DNA of 36,239 nt, taken from IMG/VR virus record IMGVR_UViG_3300027801_000069, positions 1 through 36,239 of that record, one strand, 5' to 3'. This DNA comes from a virus. Its lineage: Duplodnaviria > Caudoviricetes. Every line of letters begins with the position of its first letter. Position 1 is the stretch's first letter. This document shows, piece by piece, positions 11,401 to 20,580 of this stretch. Below the pieces are notes generated by a model that was given only the letters and a program-made list of their open reading frames with translations, searched no databases and was not told where the DNA came from. A program made the translations under genes and the position numbers.

Positions 11401-12144
11401 GTAGAGTTTGATAATGAAATGCATAATTTGAATACAGCCAAAAATACAGAATTAGAAAACTTTGATAAGAGTAAAGCAGCAGAAAAGATGTCAAATGAGC
11501 AAAGAGCTACTGCAAGAGAGAAAATACAAACAAAGCATGACGGTAAAATTCTTACATTAAAGAAAACCGAGTTTGAAAGAAACAAAGAATTAGAAACAAG
11601 TGAAGCAAAAATGGCAGGAGCTATGGCTATCATGAGGATATGGAGTGGTCAGATAACTTCTAATCCTGTTATTGACGCAATCATAAAGCTAGGTCTAATC
11701 GGAGTACAAATAGGTAGAACGAACAAGCAAATAAAGGCAATTAAGCAAACCGAGTTCAAAGGTGCTAAAGGTGGTATCATTCCAACTTTTGCAGATGGAG
11801 GTATGGTTCATGGTAATTCACACGCACAAGGAGGAGTAAAGTTCAATGTAGGTGGTACAGTTGCCGAGTTAGAAGGAGGAGAAGCAGTCATTAATAAACG
11901 TTCTACAGAAATGTTTAGAAACGAATTAAGTAATATGAATGCAATGGGCGGAGGAAAAAGATTTGCTGATGGAGGTCTAGTTTTGGGTGCTTTGGCAAAA
12001 GCGGAAAAGAGAAGTTTGTTAACGGAAGAAGATATAAATGGTATTGCAAATGCACTTTCACACCAAAGAGTAACAGTGACAGAAAGTGATATAACAGGTA
12101 CACAAAACACCGTTTCAATCTTAGAAAGTAGAGCAACTTTCTAA
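8422..12144 (+). CDS. tail tape measure protein (TP901-like core)
   Basis: 1240 aa, coiled-coil, QRNVGNY, GKTTVEEL...AATALK core, MKMNPWGLVIAG, C-terminal FADGG...SHAQGGV...EGGEAVINKRST. Confidence 0.92.
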   Translation: MATKTSHILDLKILGTDKLVNLEKEINKYEASMKKMDKTDKKHTKTIAEQKVQLKNLRSERNTEQKGLIASHQATKKLDGSYNGLVARNKAILTSLKQNKKGMKGNTAEVKKMKAEYTKNNAKLKEFDSSLGNNQRNVGNYKSGLAGARDSLAKTGMAVGAAIIAFQAIGRVVTMLTADFGEFEKSFTNVLTLMSAGDIEQFHGEMQKGALDIISKYGFAINDVNKALFDSVSAGVPAAESVEFMNVAANLALGGVTDLSTSVDGMTTIMNSFQLETSEANKIANAFFTAQKYGKTTVEELSVAIGQVAPHAKRAGMSYQELLAAMAELTKQGIKTDLAATALKSTITAIEKPSEKAKAVFDKMGISYGTNAIKSQGLMTILTKITAAGEDNADVLTELIPNIRALTGVSAMGAAQLEDYHVILGEVNDDYGDTSSLSKAVAMQQETLEQQMARLNGEWTVQKILLGEELKPAMDKIIKAMGWIVEHAVDIARWTKAGVIAFIAYKVAMIGATIVTNLQTGAITRQIIKQKLLNLTMKMNPWGLVIAGVTAAITLFSDYGDEVEVVSQREKERATHNEKVATALNEVNTAHEQQIVQVKKLNKLVMNQNLAEGDRQKALDEFNQKFGTTVKYTNDYIKLQQRMGTAVDDVTNKLKAQLVLKIAETEIEELLIREIALDEKLAKQKGEVAIQQNRLNELNKTGSRETKQSIENSKNSIKMLNENGEVIEQVAESVNEKGRREYQASISAEVLADMNRDLANTETDLRIVVNKQNTVRNKATADIAKYGGIVDEIIKKISSGGGLKAKILSLADAMLLETNTIEKLGTKRTELIKIVNTAVIGSDLYVKAKKEVIKIDKEIELTKDKEVKVIETSVESLTKEIAANKTYLEMLEGKTEAINEYNNSHIKQLEMKIRLIYAQATADQKLTDQQLVNLGVLEGQLKKFQASLEDPEDKKSPLEKAMWGEGVQDSFAMANSALDMLSMSMSGNAQLAKVEFDNEMHNLNTAKNTELENFDKSKAAEKMSNEQRATAREKIQTKHDGKILTLKKTEFERNKELETSEAKMAGAMAIMRIWSGQITSNPVIDAIIKLGLIGVQIGRTNKQIKAIKQTEFKGAKGGIIPTFADGGMVHGNSHAQGGVKFNVGGTVAELEGGEAVINKRSTEMFRNELSNMNAMGGGKRFADGGLVLGALAKAEKRSLLTEEDINGIANALSHQRVTVTESDITGTQNTVSILESRATF

Positions 12145-12171
12145 TATGAAAGATTGTATGCACAACGAAAA

Positions 12172-12192
12172 TAAGGACTTCTGCTGGACTTT
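12172..12192 (+). repeat. dispersed 21-bp motif, copy 1 (TAAGGACTTCTGCTGGACTTT)
   Basis: Near-identical copies at 20483 and 29380. Confidence 0.8.
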
Positions 12193-12289
12193 GACTAGTT
12201 TAATGACAACTAGTATTAAAAAGAAAAGTAGCTTAATTTACTAGGTATGCGAAAATTTGTAAAATATATTATGTTAAATAAGAAAAAGG

Positions 12290-12463
12290 ATGAAAGCGGA
12301 CATTAAAATCATAGAAAACAGACGTGATATTTGCACCAAATGTCAGTACATAAAAGACAAATGGTTGGGTATTATAAAAGAACAAAGTTGTGGTATTTGT
12401 AAATGTTCTATACCAAAAAAGACCTATTTGAAAATGTCAAAATGCCCAAAAGGAAAATGGTAA
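12290..12463 (+). CDS. small Cys-rich zinc-binding protein (57 aa; below the ORF-track cutoff)
   Basis: Manual translation MKADIKIIENRRDICTKC...SCGICKC...SKCPKGKW; TAATG overlap with the next gene. Confidence 0.75.
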   Translation: MKADIKIIENRRDICTKCQYIKDKWLGIIKEQSCGICKCSIPKKTYLKMSKCPKGKW

Positions 12464-12762
12464 TGGCTAATTTAATTGACGAAGGACAAATGTATCAACA
12501 TATAAAAAGGGCAGTATTAGTGGACGAAAACGAACGTTCAAAAATACAAGAAGTATTTGAAACGAATGCCGACTACTTTTCTAAAAATAATAAACACCAT
12601 ACAAAATACATTCTAAAACTATTCAATTTTTACAATAAATACTTTTCAGGCATTACGCTTGAATTTAACAAAAGTGATGTAGAGTGCGGAGTATGTCAAA
12701 CAACGATAATTAAATTATGGAGTACAATAATCTATGATGTATGGGAAAGAAAAATAATATAA
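12463..12762 (+). CDS. hypothetical protein with a CxxC motif
   Basis: Start reassigned to MANLIDEG at 12463 because of the TAATG coupling; contains CGVC. Confidence 0.6.
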   Translation: MANLIDEGQMYQHIKRAVLVDENERSKIQEVFETNADYFSKNNKHHTKYILKLFNFYNKYFSGITLEFNKSDVECGVCQTTIIKLWSTIIYDVWERKII

Positions 12763-13061
12763 AAGAGGTTGTCCGATTCTGCGATTTAGTAGGAGAAGAA
12801 CTAGCAAGTAGATTCGGAAATGATGCTACGATAAAGGATTTAGTATTACACTTTTCACAGCATGGTTTAATCAAGCCGATTATAATTAGAAACTATCTTA
12901 TCGTAAACGACTTTTACAAACAGTTAAGAAAAAATAATGGGCATATGACCTATACTTTTATGGATATGAGTATAGAATACAACTTATCAGAAAGACAAAT
13001 ACAGACAATAATATATGAGTACCAGAAGAAGTTTGAAATCAAGAATAATGTTTCTCGGTAG
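12741..13061 (+). CDS. Mor-like HTH transcriptional regulator
   Basis: C-terminal MSIEYNLSERQIQTII resembles the Mor/C activator HTH. Confidence 0.6.
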   Translation: MGKKNNIKEVVRFCDLVGEELASRFGNDATIKDLVLHFSQHGLIKPIIIRNYLIVNDFYKQLRKNNGHMTYTFMDMSIEYNLSERQIQTIIYEYQKKFEIKNNVSR

Positions 13062-13067
13062 TTTCTT

Positions 13068-13100
13068 CGCAAAAGGTATATCTTTTATTTTTAGATTTGC
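13068..13100 (+). promoter_or_regulatory. putative promoter of the head operon
   Basis: CGCAAAAG at 13068 and TAGATTTG (TAnnTTTG) at 13092-13099, intergenic before the protease gene. Confidence 0.6.
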
Positions 13101-13140
13101 CAATCAAAGAATTAGAACATAATACTCTAAATAAAAAATT

Positions 13141-14430
13141 ATGCCAAAACCTACACCAGAAACAGAAGAAACAAAAGTTGAATTTCTAGATAGATGTATG
13201 ACTAGTGATACAATGATTACAGAATTTGAAGATGAAGATGCAAGAAAAGAAGCTTGTACTTTACAATTTAATGAAGCGAATCCACAAGAAGAATCAGAAG
13301 AAGAAACAGAAGAAGCAGTAACAGAAACACCTGAAAGTGAAGTTGCAGTACCGAAGGAAGATGAAGATAAGGAAACTTTTATGGAAAGATGCGTTACTGA
13401 TGAGTACGATAAAGAAATGTGCTCGGTAAGTTGGGATAAAAATCAACCTAAGGAGGAAGAAGAAAAAGAAGAAGTAGAAGAAGCAAAAGATATTTTCATT
13501 TACGATATGATAGGTGCAGGAGGAATTACTGCAAAGAAAATTGTAGATGATTTAGCAAAAGCAGGAAAGAATTGCAATGTTAATCTAAGAATCAACTCTG
13601 CAGGAGGAGATGTATTCGAGGGAATAGCAATTTACAACTCATTAAAGAAACATAATGGTAGCATTAATGTTGAGATAGAAGGACTAGCAGCAAGTATGGC
13701 TTCTATTGTTATGTTAGCAGGAGATACAATAACTGCAAGTGAAAATTCACTTATTATGGTTCACAATCCTTCGGTAGGTATTCAAGGAGAATCAAAAGAC
13801 CTTACTAAAAAAGCAGAATTACTAGATAAAATCAAAGAACAAATGGTTAACATCTATTCTAGCAAAACGGGAATGGATGAAAAATCAGTAATAGATATGA
13901 TGGATTCTGAAACTTGGTTAACTGCAAGCGAAGCACTAGAAGTTGGGTTAATTACAAGTGTAGGGGAAGCAATTAAAGTTGCAGCAGTTAACGAAACAGT
14001 ATTTTCAAATGCTCCAAAATGGGTAGTTGACTTTACGAAAAAACAAAATCCGAATGTTATGGATGATATCTTGTCAATGTTAACGAACTTGAAAAATAAA
14101 ATTTCAGGTATTAAAGAGGAAACACCGAAAGGAGTAAGAATCTTAGATGATGTAGCAGTAAAAAATGAGATAGTTAATCTAGCAGAAAAAATTGGAGAAA
14201 CTAGTGCTGTAAATGATGAGTTACTAGAAACTTTATCTATCGTTGCAACTCATGAAGCTACAATAGAAAGTATGCAAAAAGAACTAGATCAAAAAGTGTT
14301 AGAGATAAATAAAAACAACGCAACACCTACTAGTGATAAAGTAATAGCAGATAAAGACCCTAGTTTCAATCTAAAAAATGTTGATAGTACAACAAACGGT
14401 TGGGACGAAGCGGCAAACATATTACAATAA
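13141..14430 (+). CDS. ClpP-family prohead maturation protease with N-terminal acidic repeats and C-terminal scaffold region
   Basis: INSAGGDVFEG, GLAASMAS (catalytic Ser), MVHNP (His), ETWLTASEALEVGL; directly upstream of the capsid gene. Confidence 0.92.
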   Translation: MPKPTPETEETKVEFLDRCMTSDTMITEFEDEDARKEACTLQFNEANPQEESEEETEEAVTETPESEVAVPKEDEDKETFMERCVTDEYDKEMCSVSWDKNQPKEEEEKEEVEEAKDIFIYDMIGAGGITAKKIVDDLAKAGKNCNVNLRINSAGGDVFEGIAIYNSLKKHNGSINVEIEGLAASMASIVMLAGDTITASENSLIMVHNPSVGIQGESKDLTKKAELLDKIKEQMVNIYSSKTGMDEKSVIDMMDSETWLTASEALEVGLITSVGEAIKVAAVNETVFSNAPKWVVDFTKKQNPNVMDDILSMLTNLKNKISGIKEETPKGVRILDDVAVKNEIVNLAEKIGETSAVNDELLETLSIVATHEATIESMQKELDQKVLEINKNNATPTSDKVIADKDPSFNLKNVDSTTNGWDEAANILQ

Positions 14431-14467
14431 AAAGAAATTAATAATTTATAAATAAAAAAAGAAAAAA

Positions 14468-15493
14468 ATGGCAAATTTAATTACACACTCGCTATCGTAT
14501 TCAAAGGAGGATGCAATGAAGTATTTCATGCAACCTTTGTTTGTAGGTAATTCAGCAATGGACTACTTTGAAATAATGACGGGAGTGAAATCAAGTCAAA
14601 AACTTGATAAATTCGGAACACTACAAAACATTACACTCGCAGAAACAACAGGTTTTGCTGGTATTGCTGGTGGTGCTAACAATTACTCGCAAAGAAGTAT
14701 TGCAGTAGCAAGAATGGAAGCAGAAGTAGAACAAGCAGGAGGGGTATTCTTTAATTCTATTAAAGGAGAATTACTTAGAACAGGGAATAGCAAAGACGAT
14801 ATTTCAGGAACTAAGATACAAGGAATTGTAGCAGAAATGATGATGACAGGTGTTAAGAGAGATTTAGAAAGACAAATCTGGTTCGGACATACTGCTTCAA
14901 CTTCGGCTAATTTCAGTGCTTATAATGGAATCTTACAGCAATTAACGGGATTACCAGCAGCACAGAAATTATCTATTCCGTCAGTATTAGTTACTACTGC
15001 AGGATTAGAAACTTCGGTTTTAGAATTTCAAGCAATGGTAGATGCAATGCCAAGCGAAGGTTTAGAAAATAGAGCAGATTTAGTAATCTTTGCTTCTCGT
15101 TCATTATGTGACAATTACAGAACAGCGTTAAGACAAGGAGGAACGGAAGGTGCTTATGTTTCATTACAAGATGGAACTCCAAAATTATCTTTTCAAGGTA
15201 TTCCGGTAGTAGAAATGGGATTATGGGATAGTGTAATTGCAACAAGTGGTGGTACAGGTTCAACAATTACTCCACCAGCACTAGATACTTCGGTAGGGAA
15301 TGATTATGATGCTCACTTAGCAGTGTTAACAGTTAAAAATAACATAGTTATTGCAACTGATTACGAATCTGTATCAGGAGCAGATATGTGGTACGATAAG
15401 AAAGACAAGTTCAATAGATTCCGTTTTGAATATGTTATTGGTGCTCAATACAAGAATGATGAGTTGACGGTAACAGCTAACTCGGGAGCATAG
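14468..15493 (+). CDS. major capsid protein
   Basis: 341 aa after the protease; DLERQIWFG, YNGIL and FQGIPVV patterns typical of HK97-fold capsids. Confidence 0.8.
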   Translation: MANLITHSLSYSKEDAMKYFMQPLFVGNSAMDYFEIMTGVKSSQKLDKFGTLQNITLAETTGFAGIAGGANNYSQRSIAVARMEAEVEQAGGVFFNSIKGELLRTGNSKDDISGTKIQGIVAEMMMTGVKRDLERQIWFGHTASTSANFSAYNGILQQLTGLPAAQKLSIPSVLVTTAGLETSVLEFQAMVDAMPSEGLENRADLVIFASRSLCDNYRTALRQGGTEGAYVSLQDGTPKLSFQGIPVVEMGLWDSVIATSGGTGSTITPPALDTSVGNDYDAHLAVLTVKNNIVIATDYESVSGADMWYDKKDKFNRFRFEYVIGAQYKNDELTVTANSGA

Positions 15494-15526
15494 TTAATTA
15501 ATTAATAATATAAAAAATAAAATAAA

Positions 15527-16135
15527 ATGGGAGTATTAACAGCAGGTCATGTTATCTTGTGCGAGGACAGAAATCGTAGAGGTGGTATTAAGACCATATA
15601 TTTAGGGGAAGTTGCAAATGTATCAGGTACAACAGCAACAGCACCACATTCTTATTCTTCTATTGCAGGGTTAACAGGTACAGGGGGAACAGGGTTTAAT
15701 GTTTGGAAGTTTGAGTTTGATAGAGAAACAGCTTATTTTCAAGCAAACGCTTCAAGAGAAAACGGTTCAACAATAGTTGAATGTGAGGTAGGTTTCTCAG
15801 TTCCTAAGATTACGGAAGAAGTTAACGCTAGATTAGAGGAATTAAAAGAAACTTGTGGATTGTTTGCAGTTTGTGAAACATTTGCAGATACAGGTGCTGG
15901 TTCGCCACCACCAACTTATCACTTTGTAATAGGATATGACGAGGTTTTCTCGCCAGACGCATTCTTAGAGTTTACAAGTGGAGAGCAAAATTCAGGAACA
16001 GGTCTTCAAGACCCGAATGAAACAGTAGTAAAACTGAAAGGTTTTATGGCAGAATATCCGAGAGAATACAGTGGAGCAATAACGATTGACACGAATGGTG
16101 CAATAGCAACAGCATTAGGTTACACTCTAGCATAG
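15527..16135 (+). CDS. major tail tube protein (putative)
   Basis: 202 aa; CEDRNRRGGIKTIY, SRENGS and SGTGLQDPN motifs; followed by a terminator. Confidence 0.65.
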   Translation: MGVLTAGHVILCEDRNRRGGIKTIYLGEVANVSGTTATAPHSYSSIAGLTGTGGTGFNVWKFEFDRETAYFQANASRENGSTIVECEVGFSVPKITEEVNARLEELKETCGLFAVCETFADTGAGSPPPTYHFVIGYDEVFSPDAFLEFTSGEQNSGTGLQDPNETVVKLKGFMAEYPREYSGAITIDTNGAIATALGYTLA

Positions 16136-16160
16136 TCTGGTAGGTATAATTTACTTTTAG

Positions 16161-16201
16161 AAAGGGGTTGGGAAGTTTTAAGAACAACTCAACCCTTTTT
16201 T
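16161..16201 (+). terminator. intrinsic terminator
   Basis: AAAGGGGTTGGG...CTCAACCCTTTTTT hairpin plus T-tract after the capsid and tail tube genes. Confidence 0.75.
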
Positions 16202-16225
16202 AATAAAAAATACCTATAATTGCAA

Positions 16226-16504
16226 ATGGGTTGTAATTGTAACAACGATATAAGTAAGGAAGCAGTAGAGAAAAGAATTAAGTTAAAAGAATTAAATCAA
16301 TCAATAAAAAAAATAAATAAAATGGCAAAATCTTATTATAAGGTACTAGATAGTGTTAGTCAAGATGCTAGATTAACTTACAACAAGCAAAGAATGACGG
16401 TTAGAGATATTTCACAAGGAGTTCTGAAATTACTTTATGAAACAGGTCATCCGCAAGTTGAAAAAGTAGAAGGTAAAATAGGAAGTACGAAGAAAGAGGA
16501 CTAA
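16226..16504 (+). CDS. hypothetical protein
   Basis: ATG at 16226 (MGCNC...); alternative start at 16322 (MAKSYY); ends 1 nt before the portal start. Confidence 0.55.
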   Translation: MGCNCNNDISKEAVEKRIKLKELNQSIKKINKMAKSYYKVLDSVSQDARLTYNKQRMTVRDISQGVLKLLYETGHPQVEKVEGKIGSTKKED

Positions 16505-16505
16505 G

Positions 16506-17789
16506 ATGGCAAAGAAAAAGACAACTAGACCGAATGGAATTGTTGCTTTTGATGTTCTAAACCTTACAACTCAACGAAATGTAGCTGAGGAAAAGAATTT
16601 AGATAAGTTACAGTTCGACTATATTCCTTTTGGAGAAAATAATCAGAACGATTTTCCAAGTCATTTAGCCGACTTAAAGAGAAAGTCTGCAACACACCGT
16701 TCTATTCTTTCTCAAAAGGTCATTTATACTGTCGGCAGTGGATTTATTACAGAAAACGAACCCTTACTACAATATCTTACAAATAGTAACGCAGACGGAG
16801 ACAATTTTCTTAATGTATGGCGAAGAATTGTAGATGATTACTATACCTTCGGGAACGCATACTATGAAATCGTAACTTATGATGGAGGAGTTAACATATA
16901 CCATATAGACGCAACGAAAGTTAGAATTGCAAAAGATAAAGAAAATGTTATTGTTCATCCTGATTGGAGTGAGTACAAGCAAAGACAAGAAGAAGCAGTA
17001 GTTATTCCTTTCTATCCAGCATTTATAACGGATAAAGGGAATAAAAGAAGCGTAATTCATATAAAGGACTATGAAGCAGAGTTTGACTATTATGGTTTGC
17101 CAGATTATATTGCTGCACTAGAAGATATCTCGGTAAATTATGAAATCGGAAGATGGAATAATACCAAGTTCAAAAATCATTTTCAACCTAGTAGCATTGT
17201 TGAAATTAATGGAGATATGAGTGATGAAGAAGCGGAAAGTTTTGTAGAAGAAGCCCGAAGTAAATTTACTTCAGAAGGCAATAATGGAAAAATACTGTTT
17301 CTAGTTAAGAATGGAGACACTGCTCCTGCTACCGTAACGACTATTGCTGACAATCAAGACGGAAGTTTTATGGAATTAGCACAGATAACAAATCAGAACA
17401 TAATTACTGCTCATAGATGGCAACCTAGTCTAAGTGGTGTTATTAGTTCAGGTAAAATGAGTTCACAAGGGAATGAAATTCGTATAGCATACGAAATGGT
17501 AATGGCAACAGTAGTAAAAGGAACAATGAATTTACTATTTGACCCTATAAAAAGCGTATTAAATGACAATGGGTTTGATACGAACGATTTATCTATTAAA
17601 TACGAGCCACCGGTAACTTATATGAGTGATATCAACATTTCAGAGGTACTTGAAATCAACGAGTTACGGGAGGTAATAGGATATGAAGCAAAAGAAAACT
17701 ATAATGTTCTAGTAAATAAAAAAGAAGCAGAAGATGAAGTAGAACTTGAAGAAAAAGAAATAAATAATAATATAAAAATTAAGGAATAA
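16506..17789 (+). CDS. portal protein
   Basis: YIPFGENN, DYYTFGNAYYEI, YYGLPDY, FKNHFQPS, IITAHR and EINELRE motifs; 427 aa. Confidence 0.9.
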   Translation: MAKKKTTRPNGIVAFDVLNLTTQRNVAEEKNLDKLQFDYIPFGENNQNDFPSHLADLKRKSATHRSILSQKVIYTVGSGFITENEPLLQYLTNSNADGDNFLNVWRRIVDDYYTFGNAYYEIVTYDGGVNIYHIDATKVRIAKDKENVIVHPDWSEYKQRQEEAVVIPFYPAFITDKGNKRSVIHIKDYEAEFDYYGLPDYIAALEDISVNYEIGRWNNTKFKNHFQPSSIVEINGDMSDEEAESFVEEARSKFTSEGNNGKILFLVKNGDTAPATVTTIADNQDGSFMELAQITNQNIITAHRWQPSLSGVISSGKMSSQGNEIRIAYEMVMATVVKGTMNLLFDPIKSVLNDNGFDTNDLSIKYEPPVTYMSDINISEVLEINELREVIGYEAKENYNVLVNKKEAEDEVELEEKEINNNIKIKE

Positions 17790-18232
17790 TGGCAAGTACA
17801 GTAACAGCAACAACGCTTACAAGTATAATTACCGAGAGCATTACATTAAATGGAGATACTTATGGAAATTCAGTAACTCATTCAGCAACAACGCAAGGGG
17901 AAGCGTATTCTAGAACAATGGAAGTAGCAACAAGTGAAACAGGTGTTCTTACAATGGGTGCTGCAGATGGAAGTGGCACGGTTATCGGAGACAATGTTAG
18001 CTATATGAGATTTACAAATCTAGACGATACTAACTTCATGCAATTAACGTTCAAAACAGCAGCAGAAAACTTTTCTGTTAAATTAAGTGCTGGAGAAAGT
18101 TATGTTTGTATGAATAATCAAATGGACGCAGTTAATACAGTGACACAAGGTACACTAGAAGATATGACAAGTGTTACTGCTAAAGCAAATACATTAGCTT
18201 GTGACTTACAGTTCATAGTAATAAGTAGCTAG
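17789..18232 (+). CDS. putative virion structural protein
   Basis: Thr-rich, predicted beta protein with YMRFTNLDDTNF; translationally coupled to the portal gene. Confidence 0.5.
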   Translation: MASTVTATTLTSIITESITLNGDTYGNSVTHSATTQGEAYSRTMEVATSETGVLTMGAADGSGTVIGDNVSYMRFTNLDDTNFMQLTFKTAAENFSVKLSAGESYVCMNNQMDAVNTVTQGTLEDMTSVTAKANTLACDLQFIVISS

Positions 18233-18234
18233 AA

Positions 18235-18771
18235 ATGGCTTATACGAACATAAACGACTTGAATCCTCTTGTTTCTGCTGCAACAGTAATACAGACGGCT
18301 ATGGTTAGTCAAGTTTTTGATACTGCTTTAATTACTTCGAGTATAGTTAAAATAGCTGAAATTACTCATCTAGAAAAACCGTTAAGTAGAGAGTTCTATG
18401 AGGAACTAGTAACACAAACGCATAATGCAAGTTTGACGGCTGCAAATTCAACTCTATATGATGATTATTTGTTGAGGACTTTGTGTTGGTTCGTTAAATT
18501 AGAGGCAATGAACGAAATCCAAAACAATATAACTTCTAGTGGGGTTATGACAAACATAGATGATTACAGTACAAAGGTATCTCCACAAGAATTTAATATG
18601 ATGAAGATAGATGTAGAAAGAAAAGCAAATATCTTCTTACAAGATATGCTAGATTTCTTAAATGATAGCGTGGTTATTACTAATTATCCTACCTACCAAA
18701 AGCACGCAGGACATAGTAGTATAATAAATGACGATTCAACAAATAAGAAAGGAGGAATAATTTTTTACTAA
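18235..18771 (+). CDS. putative head-tail adaptor
   Basis: 178 aa predicted helical protein downstream of the portal; LSREFYEEL, ITSSGV, C-terminal GGIIFY. Confidence 0.55.
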   Translation: MAYTNINDLNPLVSAATVIQTAMVSQVFDTALITSSIVKIAEITHLEKPLSREFYEELVTQTHNASLTAANSTLYDDYLLRTLCWFVKLEAMNEIQNNITSSGVMTNIDDYSTKVSPQEFNMMKIDVERKANIFLQDMLDFLNDSVVITNYPTYQKHAGHSSIINDDSTNKKGGIIFY

Positions 18772-18777
18772 ACAATT

Positions 18778-20256
18778 ATGAGTAACTTACATTCTGAACA
18801 AACAGGTTTGCAACTCCATAAACCTAAAAAACATAGTGAAGCAGTAAATTCATCCATACTAGCAAAGACAAAAGATGGTATGGTAGGTTATGTTATGGGA
18901 GCAAAAACCTATTCAACAGTAATTACCCCTATTGCAGATGTAGCTGGTAGTACAAATAATAAGTATTTCTCACTATATTCTGAAATGATGGGTACTAGAT
19001 ACTGCGTTTATTACAGCGTAGATGGTGCTGGAAGCGTAACACTGCCTGACTACTATGATGAACTTATAAAAGTTTCAATTTTAGGGAATGCAACAGTAGA
19101 AACAATTATAGATGAAACGATAACCGCACTAGCAGCTATTGATAGCACTGCAGACCATAAATTATATACTTCTGCAACTGATAATACAACGAATCTTACT
19201 ATCGTAGAGGAGAATAAACCTGTCATGATAGATGTTTCAACAGGTTGGATTTTTGCAACGACTATTACTGATGCAGATACAGGTGTAAAACGGTACTGCG
19301 TAACTGAAGATGGAGTTATTAAGTTCGTTGAGTTAGTATCATCAGGTGGAACGCCAGAAGGAACAGCAATACTTTCAACGGGAGAGGAAGGAGGAACTAA
19401 ATTTCTAAGAGAAGATGGAGATGGAACTTGTAGTTGGCAAACTCCTGCTGATTTAGTTGGTGTAAATAGTATAAAACTTTATGATGGTAGTGCTTATACT
19501 GACATTGGAACTGGTAATGTAGGTTTCACTTTGGCAGGAGGAACAGGGATTAGTACCGTTGCAGAAGGAACGACAATTACAATATCAGAAACAGTAGAAA
19601 AGAAAAGCAAGTCAGATGTAGAAGATGTTATCGGAGTAACGGGAACAGACTTGGGAACTTTTACAGGTAGCACGATTCCAGATAGTAGAGATATTAAAAC
19701 TGCTTTACAAGATTTAGAAACAACGGTAGAAACTAAAGCAAATTCAGGAGTTTCATATCATCATAAATCTTTAAGATATTCGGCAAATAATTTAAACGGA
19801 ACAGATAACGCAGAAGGAACAAATCCTGCTTGGGGGTTTGCCGAAACGAATAATAATGCTCATAATAGATTTTTTACTGCTGTCGATACTTCTGCTATGA
19901 CTTATCAAAATGGTCTTAAGAGTTGTATCGCACTGCCAATTACAGGGGTTACATCAAAACTTATCGGAGGAAGCTTAGTCGGTAGTGGAGAAAGTGGTGT
20001 TACTTTCAAAATTACAATTTGGAAAGGAGATTTTGATTCTAGTGATGAGGTTATGCCAATGACTTTAATAGGAACTTTTACAGTAGTGGGAAGTAACAAC
20101 GCAGATACAGATGCTTTTAATATAGCACTTGGTTCTTCGGCAGATTGTACTTTGGCAGATGGAGATGGAGTAATAATTTTAATGGAAGATATAGAGGAGC
20201 AATCAGATATGGATGCAAGGGGAACCGTAACTTTGAGATTTTCAGATAGCTTTTAA
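18778..20256 (+). CDS. putative fibre/appendage structural protein
   Basis: 492 aa, Thr/Gly/Ser-rich; TKFLREDGDGTCSWQTP and LAGGTGIST fibre-type motifs; short coiled coil IKTALQDLET. Confidence 0.6.
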   Translation: MSNLHSEQTGLQLHKPKKHSEAVNSSILAKTKDGMVGYVMGAKTYSTVITPIADVAGSTNNKYFSLYSEMMGTRYCVYYSVDGAGSVTLPDYYDELIKVSILGNATVETIIDETITALAAIDSTADHKLYTSATDNTTNLTIVEENKPVMIDVSTGWIFATTITDADTGVKRYCVTEDGVIKFVELVSSGGTPEGTAILSTGEEGGTKFLREDGDGTCSWQTPADLVGVNSIKLYDGSAYTDIGTGNVGFTLAGGTGISTVAEGTTITISETVEKKSKSDVEDVIGVTGTDLGTFTGSTIPDSRDIKTALQDLETTVETKANSGVSYHHKSLRYSANNLNGTDNAEGTNPAWGFAETNNNAHNRFFTAVDTSAMTYQNGLKSCIALPITGVTSKLIGGSLVGSGESGVTFKITIWKGDFDSSDEVMPMTLIGTFTVVGSNNADTDAFNIALGSSADCTLADGDGVIILMEDIEEQSDMDARGTVTLRFSDSF

Positions 20257-20258
20257 TA

Positions 20259-20462
20259 ATGCCTAGCAAGATGATAGATATAACAGAAAGAATATGCTTA
20301 CCGACAATAATCTTAAATGTTGGAGCAGTAGGAATTGGGTTTAGTGAAGTAGAACAGGGATTAAAAATGGTTTCATATACCGTTGCAATAATTTGGACGA
20401 TTCTAAAGATAAGAAGTGAAATTAAACTGTATAAAGAAAACTACAATAAAAGAAAGGACTAG
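20259..20462 (+). CDS. putative holin/membrane protein
   Basis: 67 aa with two hydrophobic segments and a basic C-terminus, upstream of the endolysin. Confidence 0.55.
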   Translation: MPSKMIDITERICLPTIILNVGAVGIGFSEVEQGLKMVSYTVAIIWTILKIRSEIKLYKENYNKRKD

Positions 20463-20482
20463 TTTCCACGAATACCTTATTT

Positions 20483-20503
20483 TAAGGACTTGTGCTGGAC
20501 TTT
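20483..20503 (+). repeat. dispersed 21-bp motif, copy 2 (TAAGGACTTGTGCTGGACTTT)
   Basis: One mismatch to copy 1 and one to copy 3. Confidence 0.8.
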
Positions 20504-20580
20504 CGTGGCTTTTTAATGTATTAGGTTATAAAAGACAAATGAATACAAAGAGCAAACACTATTTTGAATATGATAGAAAT

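Noticed and set aside
12403-12462. ORF-track start for the 12403..12762 gene
   Set aside because: Overlaps the better-supported Zn-finger ORF 12290..12463; the coupled ATG at 12463 is more plausible
5203-20256. Diversity-generating retroelement targeting tail genes
   Set aside because: No reverse transcriptase and no template/variable repeat pair noticed
20416-20538. N-terminal extension of the endolysin
   Set aside because: GTG start inside the upstream gene and spans the otherwise intergenic 21-bp motif; probably not translated
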